Assembly (NCBI GenBank): GCA_000432575.1 | Contig: HF996832.1 | Span: forward strand, 4,632 to 68,631 | Origin: Clostridium sp. CAG:762 | GTDB lineage: Bacteria > Bacillota_I > Bacilli_A > RF39 > UBA660 | Direction: 5' to 3' | Length of the DNA: 64,000 nt | Shown here: positions 19,672-28,692 of the stretch, piece after piece | Layout of the letters: the number at the start of each line of letters is the position of its first letter | Position numbering within the stretch: the first letter of the stretch is position 1 | Position numbers and translations under genes: made by a program | Notes under the pieces: generated by a model | Databases searched by the model: none | What the model saw: only the letters and a program-made list of their open reading frames with translations | What the model was told of the DNA's origin: nothing

Positions 19672-21358
19672 AAAATATAAATATTTCTTATTGTTATTGA
19701 TGGTATTATTGCCTTTTAAAGTAAATGCAGACCATATTTATGATATTAAAATGGAAGTATTTATTAATAAAGATGGGAATGCTAATATTAAAGAAACTTG
19801 GAAAGTAAAGGCAGATTCTGGGAGTGAATGGTATAAACAAATATTAAATCTTGGAGAGTCTAAATTAACCAATTATAAAGTTTTTATGGATAATAAGGAA
19901 CTTTCATATAAAAGTGCTTGGAATGTTAATGGTAGCATAGAAGAAAAAGCGGGTTATTATGGTATTAATTATATATCTAATGGATTAGAATTGTGTTTTG
20001 GTAAAAAGGATATGAAATCTCATACCTTTATTCTTACTTATGATATATCAAATTATATTTTTAATACCGAAGATGCTCAAGTTTTATATTTTACTTTATT
20101 TCCAAAGCTTACCGCGGATAGTTTTGAGGTAACTGTTAAAAGTTATTATGATTTTCCTGATAATTTAGATGTATGGGGATATGGTTATAAAGGATATGCT
20201 TATGTAAAAGATGGAACAATTCTTATGTCTAATGATGGTAGCTTAGATGATGAATATGTTGTTTTGTTAGCTAAATTTCCTTTAAATACTTTTAGTACTG
20301 ATTATCAAGTAGAATATTTTAATAATTTTGAAGAAGTACTTGGAGATGCAAAGGAAGGTAGTTTTGATTATGACTATGATGATAGTTATTATAACCCATC
20401 ACTTTTTGCTAGAATATTACCATATATAGTGATAATTTTTCAACTTCTTGTATTTGGAGGAATAACTACACTTATTTATAAGGCAATAAGTTCTTCTAAA
20501 TATGGATTTAAAAATAATAAAACTATCAGTTATAAAGATACTATGATGTTTAGAGAAATACCTTGTAATAAAGATATATATTATGCGAATACTTTAATTA
20601 ATATAAATCATTTTGGTGGTTATGAAACAACGAATATATTCGGGGCAATTATATTAAAATGGGTAAAGAATGATAAGATAAAATTTACAAAAGAAAAGAA
20701 GGGATTACTAAAAAAAGAAGTAAGTATTATTGATTTAACAATGAATCCCACATTTGATAATGAGAATGAAAAGAAATTGTTTAATATGATGTATAAAGCT
20801 AGTAAGGATGGATATTTAGAAAGTAACGAACTAGAAAAATGGGCAAGGAAAAATTATAGTAAATTTCTTGGTATATTTAATAAAATATCTAATGATTATT
20901 TAGATAAACTAAAAAGTGAAGGACATATTTATAAAAGAACTAATAAAGAAGAATGTAAGTATAAAAATGTTATGGATGATACTATTTACGAAGAAACTAA
21001 AAAATTATATGGTTTAAAAAAGTTTTTAATCGAATTTTCTCAAATGAATACTAAAGAGGTATTGGAAGTTAAACTTTGGGATGAATATTTAATGTTTGCT
21101 TATCTTTTTGGTATTGCCTCAAAAGTTGCAAAACAACTTAAAAATATGTATCCTGAAGTAATAGAACAAATGGGTAATGGTCTTGATTATGATACTCTAA
21201 TATTTATAAACAATATGTCTATTACCAGTACTTCGGCAGCTTCAAGTGCTAGAAGAGATGCTGAAAGTTATTCTTCTGGAGGAGGTGGATTTTCTTCAGG
21301 AGGCGGAGGAGGAGGTTCCTTCGGTGGAGGGGGCGGAGGCTCCATGGGTGGTAGATAA
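19664..21358 (+). CDS. DUF2207-family membrane protein with a Gly-rich C-terminal tail (paralog B)
   Basis: Signal peptide MFKKYKYFLLLLMVLLPFKVNA, IYDIKMEVFINKDGNANIKETWKV, and the tail SSGGGGFSSGGGGGGSFGGGGGGSMGGR. Shares the block EVLE(V/I)(K/H)LWDEYL(M/V)FA..FGIA.KV with paralog A. Confidence 0.8.
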   Translation: MFKKYKYFLLLLMVLLPFKVNADHIYDIKMEVFINKDGNANIKETWKVKADSGSEWYKQILNLGESKLTNYKVFMDNKELSYKSAWNVNGSIEEKAGYYGINYISNGLELCFGKKDMKSHTFILTYDISNYIFNTEDAQVLYFTLFPKLTADSFEVTVKSYYDFPDNLDVWGYGYKGYAYVKDGTILMSNDGSLDDEYVVLLAKFPLNTFSTDYQVEYFNNFEEVLGDAKEGSFDYDYDDSYYNPSLFARILPYIVIIFQLLVFGGITTLIYKAISSSKYGFKNNKTISYKDTMMFREIPCNKDIYYANTLININHFGGYETTNIFGAIILKWVKNDKIKFTKEKKGLLKKEVSIIDLTMNPTFDNENEKKLFNMMYKASKDGYLESNELEKWARKNYSKFLGIFNKISNDYLDKLKSEGHIYKRTNKEECKYKNVMDDTIYEETKKLYGLKKFLIEFSQMNTKEVLEVKLWDEYLMFAYLFGIASKVAKQLKNMYPEVIEQMGNGLDYDTLIFINNMSITSTSAASSARRDAESYSSGGGGFSSGGGGGGSFGGGGGGSMGGR

Positions 21359-21400
21359 CCACGAAAATAAGCATATTTGACACAAAAAGTGTCTAATGTA

Positions 21401-21429
21401 TTGAACTATTTAATTTACCGTGCTATAAT
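21401..21429 (+). promoter_or_regulatory. Sigma-A promoter
   Basis: TTGAAC-17 nt-TATAAT, with TG at the extended -10 position. Confidence 0.6.
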
Positions 21430-21471
21430 TTAATCATAAGTAATAATAGCCCCAGGAGATAGGTGATAATA

Positions 21472-21855
21472 ATGGTTCAAACTCAAACAATCGATTATTC
21501 TTTAGTTAGAAAAATTTTAAGTACTTGTCCTTATTATGATAATATTGTTAATTATGAATATGAGGAAGGAGATAGTTTGTCTCAAATACTAATCGATTGG
21601 TATCGTGATTTAATTTTTTCGGCTGATCCTAATGATGAGAGACAACTTAAAGTCATTAATGCTATTGATAAATCATTATATCTGTATGTAAAAGATAAAA
21701 GATATAAAAAAGGGCTAAGTAAATTACTTGATGCTGATGCAGTATCTTTAGATAATCAAAATAGTATCAAGAATGTGATTAAAACGATAATCTTATTTAC
21801 AAATAGTTTTCAAAAAGAGGAAGTCTTAGATGTAAGCAGTTCAAGGTGGATATAG
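21472..21855 (+). CDS. Hypothetical protein (127 aa)
   Basis: ORF with its own promoter and terminator. No recognisable motifs. GTG 21463 is an alternative start. Confidence 0.45.
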   Translation: MVQTQTIDYSLVRKILSTCPYYDNIVNYEYEEGDSLSQILIDWYRDLIFSADPNDERQLKVINAIDKSLYLYVKDKRYKKGLSKLLDADAVSLDNQNSIKNVIKTIILFTNSFQKEEVLDVSSSRWI

Positions 21856-21866
21856 GCCACCTTTTT
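21844..21866 (+). terminator. Terminator overlapping the stop codon
   Basis: AGGTGG-7 nt-CCACCT followed by TTTTT. Confidence 0.7.
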
Positions 21867-21903
21867 AAAGGGAAAAATATTCAAACAAATGTTTAAAACA
21901 ATC

Positions 21904-21932
21904 TTGACAATAATGACTAGCTATGATATATT
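21904..21932 (+). promoter_or_regulatory. Sigma-A promoter of priA
   Basis: TTGACA-17 nt-TATATT. Confidence 0.65.
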
Positions 21933-21974
21933 TGAAATATCATATTTTCATTAAATAAGGAAAGGATGGTATCT

Positions 21975-24158
21975 ATGTATGCAAGTGTTTTAATAGAAAT
22001 AGGGGCCAAAAGTGTTGATAAATTATTTACCTATATTATTCCTAGTAATTTAATTAATGATGTAAAAATAGGTATTCGAGTAAAGGTACCTTTTGGATCT
22101 ATGACTTTAGAGGGTTTTGTGCTAGAAATAAAAAGCGTGTGTGAAGAAAACTATGAACTTAAAGAAATAATATCTTTAGTAGATACTGATGCTATTCTTA
22201 ATCCTGAGTTATTATATTTAGGAAAAAAAATAAAAGAAATGACCTTATGCAGTCTTATAAGTGCTTATCAAGCTATGTTACCAAAAGCTTTAAAGGCAAA
22301 AAATAAAGTCAATATTAATATAAAAAAAGATAGATATATTATTTTAAATAAAGAGAAAGATATAATAATAGAATATATAAATCAAACCAAATATAAAAAA
22401 CAAAAGGAAATATTAGAAAGATTATTAAAAGAAGAAAGAATATTAATAACTAATTTAGATTCTACAATTAATACTTTATTAAAAAAAGAATTAATTCAAA
22501 CTATATACGAAGAGAAGTACCGCTACAAATATAGAAGTGATAGTACTTATAAAAAAGTGGTATTGAATGAAGAACAGAAATGGGCTAGTAATGAAATAAA
22601 AAATAATTTAGATAAATGTTTAACATATTTATTATATGGAGTAACTGGGAGTGGAAAAACAGAAGTATATATTGATGTTATAAAAGAAGTATTAGAAAGA
22701 GGCAAAAGTGCTATTATTTTAGTACCTGAAATCAGTTTAACTCCCCAAATAATAGGAAGATTTACCAATATTTTTGGAGATAAGATAGCAGTCCTTCACA
22801 GTGGACTTACCGATTATGAAAAGTATGACGAGTACCGCAAAATAAGAGAAGGTCAAGTTAGTATTGTTATCGGTGCGAGAAGTGCTATATTTGCACCTTT
22901 GCCAAATCTTGGTATCATTATTATTGATGAAGAGCATTCTCAGAGTTATAAACAAGATTGTAATCCCAGATATAATGCTAAAGATGTCGCAACTTTAAGA
23001 AGTGAATACCATCAAATACCACTGATACTAGGAAGTGCAACACCTACTATTGAAAGTTATGCAAGAAGTTTAAAAGGAAATTATCATTTATTAAAATTAT
23101 CTAAAAGAGCAAACCATAAAGCTTTACCTAAAGTAACTATCGTAGATATGAAAAAAGAAATTAAGAAAAACAATAGTTTTTTATCTAATCCATTAATAGC
23201 CAAAATCAAAGAAAAACTAGATAAAAAAGAACAAATAATATTACTTTTAAATAGAAGAGGTTATTCTTCTATGCTTACTTGCCAAAATTGTGGTTATACA
23301 GTAAAATGTCCTAATTGTGATATTACTTTAACATACCATAAAACAAGTGATACCCTAAGATGCCATTACTGCGGATATGGTAGTAAGAATATTAGTACTT
23401 GTCCAAATTGTCATGAAAGTGATATGCAAGACTATGGCGTAGGAACACAAAAACTAGAAGAAGAACTCAAAAAAATATTTGAAGATGCTAGAGTAATAAG
23501 AATGGATTTAGATACAACATCTAAAAAAGGAATGCATCAACAAATAATAGAAGATTTTGCTAATGATAAATATGATATTCTAGTAGGAACTCAAATGATT
23601 GCTAAAGGACTTGATTTTCCTAGAGTAACTCTAGTAGGAGTTGTTAATGCAGATACTTCATTAAATTTACCTGATTTTAGAAGCAGTGAATATACTTTTG
23701 ATTTATTATCGCAAGTATCAGGACGAGCAGGAAGAGACGAATTAGAAGGAGAAGTAGTTATTCAAACATACAACGAAAACCACTATGCAATTACATTATC
23801 AAAGGAACATAATTATGAGGCATTCTTTAATATGGAAATGAATATTAGAAAAAAATTAAAATACCCTCCATATTATTATTTGGCCTTAGTGAAAATAGTA
23901 TCTAAAGATTATAGCAGTGCTCAAGAATCGGCAAATAAAATAGGAAAGTATTTAAATACAAATAAAGATAGTCAATTAATTATATTAGGACCAAGTTTAT
24001 CTAATCCATTTAAAGTAAATAATATCTATCATTTTCAAATAATTATCAAATATAAAGATAGTAAAATATTATTTCCAATGTTAAAAAATATAGACAATAT
24101 TTACAAAACTAACAACAAAGTAAATATTGAATTAGATGTAAATCCAATAAAAATGTAA
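21975..24158 (+). CDS. priA: Primosomal replication-restart helicase PriA
   Basis: Walker A GVTGSGKTEVY, a DEEH box, a Cys4+Cys4 zinc-binding insertion (CQNCGY..CPNCD...CHYCGY...CPNCH) and the helicase C-terminal blocks. Confidence 0.95.
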   Translation: MYASVLIEIGAKSVDKLFTYIIPSNLINDVKIGIRVKVPFGSMTLEGFVLEIKSVCEENYELKEIISLVDTDAILNPELLYLGKKIKEMTLCSLISAYQAMLPKALKAKNKVNINIKKDRYIILNKEKDIIIEYINQTKYKKQKEILERLLKEERILITNLDSTINTLLKKELIQTIYEEKYRYKYRSDSTYKKVVLNEEQKWASNEIKNNLDKCLTYLLYGVTGSGKTEVYIDVIKEVLERGKSAIILVPEISLTPQIIGRFTNIFGDKIAVLHSGLTDYEKYDEYRKIREGQVSIVIGARSAIFAPLPNLGIIIIDEEHSQSYKQDCNPRYNAKDVATLRSEYHQIPLILGSATPTIESYARSLKGNYHLLKLSKRANHKALPKVTIVDMKKEIKKNNSFLSNPLIAKIKEKLDKKEQIILLLNRRGYSSMLTCQNCGYTVKCPNCDITLTYHKTSDTLRCHYCGYGSKNISTCPNCHESDMQDYGVGTQKLEEELKKIFEDARVIRMDLDTTSKKGMHQQIIEDFANDKYDILVGTQMIAKGLDFPRVTLVGVVNADTSLNLPDFRSSEYTFDLLSQVSGRAGRDELEGEVVIQTYNENHYAITLSKEHNYEAFFNMEMNIRKKLKYPPYYYLALVKIVSKDYSSAQESANKIGKYLNTNKDSQLIILGPSLSNPFKVNNIYHFQIIIKYKDSKILFPMLKNIDNIYKTNNKVNIELDVNPIKM

Positions 24159-24159
24159 T

Positions 24160-24705
24160 TTAAGGCAAATTACTTAACTTAAATTCAATATATTTAGATA
24201 AAATATTATTATGATATTTTTTCTTATTAGTAATCCTATAAGTAATAATAGTAGAAATAATTAAATCAATAATTACAATAGAAAGAATAAGATAACTATA
24301 ATTAAAATTATAACTTAAAAATTTATCCATTATTTTAATGCAAATGCCCAGAATGCCAAAGTCAATGGATGTTGTTAAAGAAATTCTTCCGTTAATGTGA
24401 TATTTCTTGTAAGAATAATCCCACCATCTAGTATGAAAGAGTTTCTCCATAAAATAACTAACACTATATTCAACTGTAATAGCAATTAAACCAGCAACAA
24501 AAAATACAAGCAAATAATTGCTAATGTTTGATATAGCAAGAGAAATAAACAAGCCACCAAGGCCATACATAGGACAAATTGGAGTATATAAAAAATGATT
24601 ATTAGATAATTTATGCTTTGTACGAGAAATACATATAATTTCCAAAAACCAGCCAATAAAACCAAAAAGCAAAAACTTATTAATAAGAACATTCATATTA
24701 TCCAC
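24160..24705 (-). CDS. Multi-pass membrane protein, resembles the putative ABC-transporter type IV (CmpB/DUF1113) family
   Basis: 181 aa. FGFIGWFLEI, ICPMYGLGG and RWWDYS blocks. Four to five TM helices. Confidence 0.5.
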   Translation of the reverse strand: MDNMNVLINKFLLFGFIGWFLEIICISRTKHKLSNNHFLYTPICPMYGLGGLFISLAISNISNYLLVFFVAGLIAITVEYSVSYFMEKLFHTRWWDYSYKKYHINGRISLTTSIDFGILGICIKIMDKFLSYNFNYSYLILSIVIIDLIISTIITYRITNKKKYHNNILSKYIEFKLSNLP

Positions 24706-25085
24706 CCAATTAAATATATGAATAATTTTTAATATTTATGTGAAAAAGTAGAGTAAATAATAATATCAATGTTATTTTTGCCCATTGCTACACTGTTAAC
24801 ACAACAAAAAAAATTTTAAAAAAATATCAAAATTACCAAAATTCAAAAACTACACGGGCGTTTGTTAAAAACTGACACAAAAACCATCCAAAATTAAAAA
24901 AACAACCGGGCGTTTTTTAATTTCTGCAGTTTGACTTTATTTTCCTTCTTGTAGTATAGTGGATATATCAAGAAAGGAGAGAATGACATGAATAAATTTT
25001 ACTCGTTTAAACTAAATTTTGATGATCGTTAAATTAAATCAAAGAATTACAACAGCGTAGCAAAATTCAAAAGAGTTAAAAATTA

Positions 25086-25162
25086 AAAAAATAAAAATTC
25101 GGCAGCACATGTCGAAAACATCTGCTATAAATATAATCAAAAATTGTCTTTATATGCAGACA
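25086..25162 (-). terminator. Tandem minus-strand terminators downstream of the FtsW/RodA gene
   Basis: On the minus strand, TGTCT-8 nt-AGACA is followed by ATTTTT, and AGCAGATG-7 nt-CATGTGCT (one mismatch) is followed by a T-rich run. Confidence 0.55.
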
Positions 25163-25196
25163 GCACCATATGTCGTGAGACGGTGCGAGTTTGGTA

Positions 25197-26324
25197 TTAG
25201 TTGGTGTATCTTAAACTTTGATTGGACACGTTAAAAATAATTCCAACAAGTAGCATGTAACTGATTAGAGAAGAACCACCATAACTGATAAATGGTAAGG
25301 TAATTCCCATAATAGGCAGTAGTCCAATAGTCATGCCAATATTTTGAATTTGTTGAAAAACCAGCATTCCTATTATACCCGCGATGGCGTATTTATCTTT
25401 GCTATCATATGTTTTTGACGCACTAGAGATTAGATTCATGTCAAAAATAATAAGAAGAAGAATTAACATTATTGAGCCAAGAAAGCCAAAATTAGAAGCA
25501 TAAACGCCAAAGATAAAATCGGTTTGTAGCTCAGGAAAATATAGTGGCGTATGATTGAACCCATGACCCAAAATACCAGAGGAACCAATAGCAATTAAGG
25601 ATTTGTTGAGTTGGCCACCATCGCCTAAAGACCAATTTAGGATTCGGTCAATTCTATAGAAAAAAGAAGTCCCAAAAAATTTGATAAATAAATTTTTATT
25701 GAAGAAGAATATGATAAATAAAGAACCAACAAGAAAAATAAGTGTTCCTAATGCTAGTGCAAACCACCTTTTCCTGATTCCACCAATGAATAAGATGGCA
25801 AACATAATGACCAAATAAATTATTACAGCCCCAGTATCAGGTTCAATAAAAGTTAAAGCAGAAGGGATAAAAACGAGAATCATAATTTTAAGTAAAAATT
25901 TAAACTCTGTTTGGATACTAGGATTGGTATTTTTAACATTATATTCATTCATTAATCGGCTGAGTAAAATGATTAAACTAAACTTCATAAATTCACTCGG
26001 TTGAATACCAACACCAAAGATATCAAACCAACATTTAGAATTATTTGCTTCCTTTCCAATAAATAAAACCAAAATGAGCAATATCACATTAAATCCGTAG
26101 AGGACATAGGAAGCGTTATATAAAAAATCATTGCCCAAAGACATGATAAAATAAGCAATACCAAAACCAATTAAATACCACAAACCTTGCTTAAGCCATA
26201 TGTTAGCTTGATAATCAGGTAATAAAGATTTGGCACTGAAAACTGTAACAATACTAATTACCATAAAAATTATAATAGGTATTAAAATACCTTTCTCTAC
26301 TTTAAACTTTGATATATTCTTCAT
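25197..26324 (-). CDS. FtsW/RodA/SpoVE-family peptidoglycan glycosyltransferase
   Basis: About 10 TM helices, QPSEFMKF and LPFISYGGSSL blocks. ATG 26324 follows GGTGA. The alternative start at 26339 lacks an RBS. Confidence 0.9.
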   Translation of the reverse strand: MKNISKFKVEKGILIPIIIFMVISIVTVFSAKSLLPDYQANIWLKQGLWYLIGFGIAYFIMSLGNDFLYNASYVLYGFNVILLILVLFIGKEANNSKCWFDIFGVGIQPSEFMKFSLIILLSRLMNEYNVKNTNPSIQTEFKFLLKIMILVFIPSALTFIEPDTGAVIIYLVIMFAILFIGGIRKRWFALALGTLIFLVGSLFIIFFFNKNLFIKFFGTSFFYRIDRILNWSLGDGGQLNKSLIAIGSSGILGHGFNHTPLYFPELQTDFIFGVYASNFGFLGSIMLILLLIIFDMNLISSASKTYDSKDKYAIAGIIGMLVFQQIQNIGMTIGLLPIMGITLPFISYGGSSLISYMLLVGIIFNVSNQSLRYTN

Positions 26325-26435
26325 AAAATCACCATTCATCTATCTATATTATACCATTTCATTATCTATTTTATCATAAATTTAACCATTTTGAATAAAA
26401 TAAATTAGGTGATAAAGGTGAAAGAAAAAGGAAAC

Positions 26436-26768
26436 ATGTACAAAAGTCCAATAAATAAAGAAATAAATAATAGTCAAAAAGTATATTCAACATTATATGA
26501 GAATGGTACTAAGATTAGTAATCAAAGCAATTTAATGAATAATTTTGTCAAAAAAAATATTACTGATTACCGAAGTGTTGACAGAAAAATATATGATATT
26601 TTGCATTCAAATGATTATATCTATAAAGCAAATGTTACTATTGTTTTAAAGGATGGAACGATAAATAAAAAAATTATTGGAAAAACTAAAGATAAATTAA
26701 TAACTATGGATAATGAATACATAAATATCAGTGATATTAAGGATATTTATAAAGAAAAAAGGAACTAA
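26436..26768 (+). CDS. Hypothetical protein (110 aa)
   Basis: ORF only, with a weak RBS. GTG 26409 is an alternative start. Confidence 0.4.
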   Translation: MYKSPINKEINNSQKVYSTLYENGTKISNQSNLMNNFVKKNITDYRSVDRKIYDILHSNDYIYKANVTIVLKDGTINKKIIGKTKDKLITMDNEYINISDIKDIYKEKRN

Positions 26769-26782
26769 CGAAAAGTTCCTTT

Positions 26783-27199
26783 TTAAATACATTCTACAAA
26801 AGTGTCATCTAAGCATCTAAGACAGCATACACAACCTAAATTCATTGTGAAAAATGAATTTGTAGCAACATATGGGTACACACTTTCTTGATCAGGATTT
26901 TTTTCGAGAACCCTAAATGTTGCACAGCAACCATCTAGTTTTTCGACTCTAAATACTGTTGAAGTAGTTCCATTTTCTGTTTTAGTAGTAGACATTGCCC
27001 ATGGTGTACCATTGCTACCACAGGTATATAACATCACTGGTCTAGTGTTGCATACTGTAGCACAACTTTGACCTAAGAAACCACGATCACATGATTCTAA
27101 GCAAGTATCACTAGGACAAACACTTTGTTGTAGAATATAGATAACCTTTAGAATATCTGCAATGCAATTTTCACAATTTTTATTATCATTATTGCACAT
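26783..27199 (-). CDS. Cysteine-rich spore coat/exosporium protein of the CotY/CotZ/ExsY family
   Basis: CENCIADILKVIYILQ, GFLG, NTRPVMLYT, FRVEKLDGCCATFRVL and a C-terminal LGCVCCLRCLDD align block-for-block with my recollection of Bacillus ExsY/CotY. ATG 27199 follows GGGGTGG. Confidence 0.8.
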   Translation of the reverse strand: MCNNDNKNCENCIADILKVIYILQQSVCPSDTCLESCDRGFLGQSCATVCNTRPVMLYTCGSNGTPWAMSTTKTENGTTSTVFRVEKLDGCCATFRVLEKNPDQESVYPYVATNSFFTMNLGCVCCLRCLDDTFVECI

Positions 27200-27585
27200 A
27201 TAATCCACCCCTTCTTTATTTTCATTATAGGATATGAGTAAATTTAGAAAAAATGTAGATTATTACCTAATTTGAGTAAATAAAAATATATTTTTAACCA
27301 GAAACATGAAAAATAAAAGCAATAAAAATGGTTTAAATTTCCAAAAAACTTTGATAGGAAAGAAAAATAATGTAAATAATTATAGAAATTTGTTTAAAAA
27401 GTGGGATAATTTAATAGAGGTAAGCATATGATTATATATGTAGTTATAGAATGCATATGTAGTTGTGAAATTGAATATATTTTCTATTTATATAATCATT
27501 TTAGACACGAAAACATTTAAATAAATATCAAACAGGTATCAAACAGAAAATCAAGAAAAAAAATTAAAAAATAGTTAAAAAGTAA

Positions 27586-27614
27586 TTGACAAAAACCTTT
27601 ATCTTTGATATATT
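27586..27614 (+). promoter_or_regulatory. Sigma-A promoter of the rpsL operon, giving a ~110-nt structured leader
   Basis: TTGACA-17 nt-TATATT. The leader contains a nested hairpin GTTTTGT(27638-27644)/ACAAAAC(27669-27675). Confidence 0.7.
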
Positions 27615-27731
27615 AACTATGTTCTTTACCTGTATAGGTTTTGTTTTTGCTTGTATTTTGCAAGTAAGACAAAACTTATCTTTAAAAAGAAAAATGAAAC
27701 ACCGGGGTGTGTGTATGAAAGGAGGGTTAAT

Positions 27732-28145
27732 ATGCCTACAATAAATCAATTAATTAAGAACAGAAGAAGTAAGAAAAACAGAAAAAGTAAATCACCAGTT
27801 TTAGGAATTGGTTTAAATACTTTAAAAAGAAAGAATACTTCTTTAAATGCCCCTCAAAAAAGAGGAGTATGTGTTCGTGTTGGAACCATGACACCAAAGA
27901 AACCAAACTCAGCATTAAGAAAATATGCCCGTGTTAGATTATCTAATGGTATGGAAGTAACTTGTTACATTCCAGGAATTGGTCATAACTTACAAGAACA
28001 CAGTGTTGTTTTAATTAGAGGTGGCCGTGTTAAGGACTTAATCGGTGTTCGTTATCACATTATTCGTGGTACAATGGATACTGCAGGTGTACAAAACCGT
28101 ATGCAAGGTCGTTCTAAATATGGTGCAAAAAAACCTAAAAAATAA
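27732..28145 (+). CDS. rpsL: 30S ribosomal protein S12
   Basis: MPTINQLI..., [28 protein letters not shown] and [29 protein letters not shown]. The ORF-track start at 27651 was rejected. Confidence 0.98.
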   Translation: MPTINQLIKNRRSKKNRKSKSPVLGIGLNTLKRKNTSLNAPQKRGVCVRVGTMTPKKPNSALRKYARVRLSNGMEVTCYIPGIGHNLQEHSVVLIRGGRVKDLIGVRYHIIRGTMDTAGVQNRMQGRSKYGAKKPKK

Positions 28146-28192
28146 ACAAATAATTGATTAATTAATATTATACCCTGAAAGGAGGAACTAAA

Positions 28193-28660
28193 ATGCGTAA
28201 GAAACGTGCAGTAAAAAGAGATGTATTACCTGATTCAATATATAATTCAAAAGTTGTTACTAAGTTAATAAATCAAATTATGATAGATGGTAAAAAAGGA
28301 ACTGCTCAAAAAATCATTTATGAAGCATTTGATATTATAAAAGAAAAAACTAATGAAGAACCAATCGTGGTATTTGAAAAAGCAATGAAGAATATTAAAC
28401 CAGCTTTAGAAGTTAAAACAAGAAGAGTTGGCGGTGCTAACTACCAAGTACCAGTTGAAGTTAAAGCTGATCGTGCTCAAGCATTAAGTTTTAGATGGCT
28501 TGCTCAATATGCAAGATTAAGACATGGTAAGAGTATGGCTGAAAAATTAGCGGCTGAAATCATCGATGCCTCAAATGGTACTGGTGCGGCAGTTAAAAAG
28601 CGTGAAGATACTCACAAAATGGCAGAAGCTAATAAAGCATTTGCTCATTACAGATGGTAA
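28193..28660 (+). CDS. rpsG: 30S ribosomal protein S7
   Basis: 155 aa. [23 protein letters not shown] and the C-terminal [14 protein letters not shown]. Confidence 0.98.
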   Translation: MRKKRAVKRDVLPDSIYNSKVVTKLINQIMIDGKKGTAQKIIYEAFDIIKEKTNEEPIVVFEKAMKNIKPALEVKTRRVGGANYQVPVEVKADRAQALSFRWLAQYARLRHGKSMAEKLAAEIIDASNGTGAAVKKREDTHKMAEANKAFAHYRW

Positions 28661-28692
28661 AATAATAAAAATATGAAAGGATTATAAATAAT

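Noticed and set aside
25110-25116. A perfect Spo0A box TGTCGAA.
   Set aside because: It is a single 7-mer located in the loop of a terminator hairpin downstream of a gene. It is not significant on its own.
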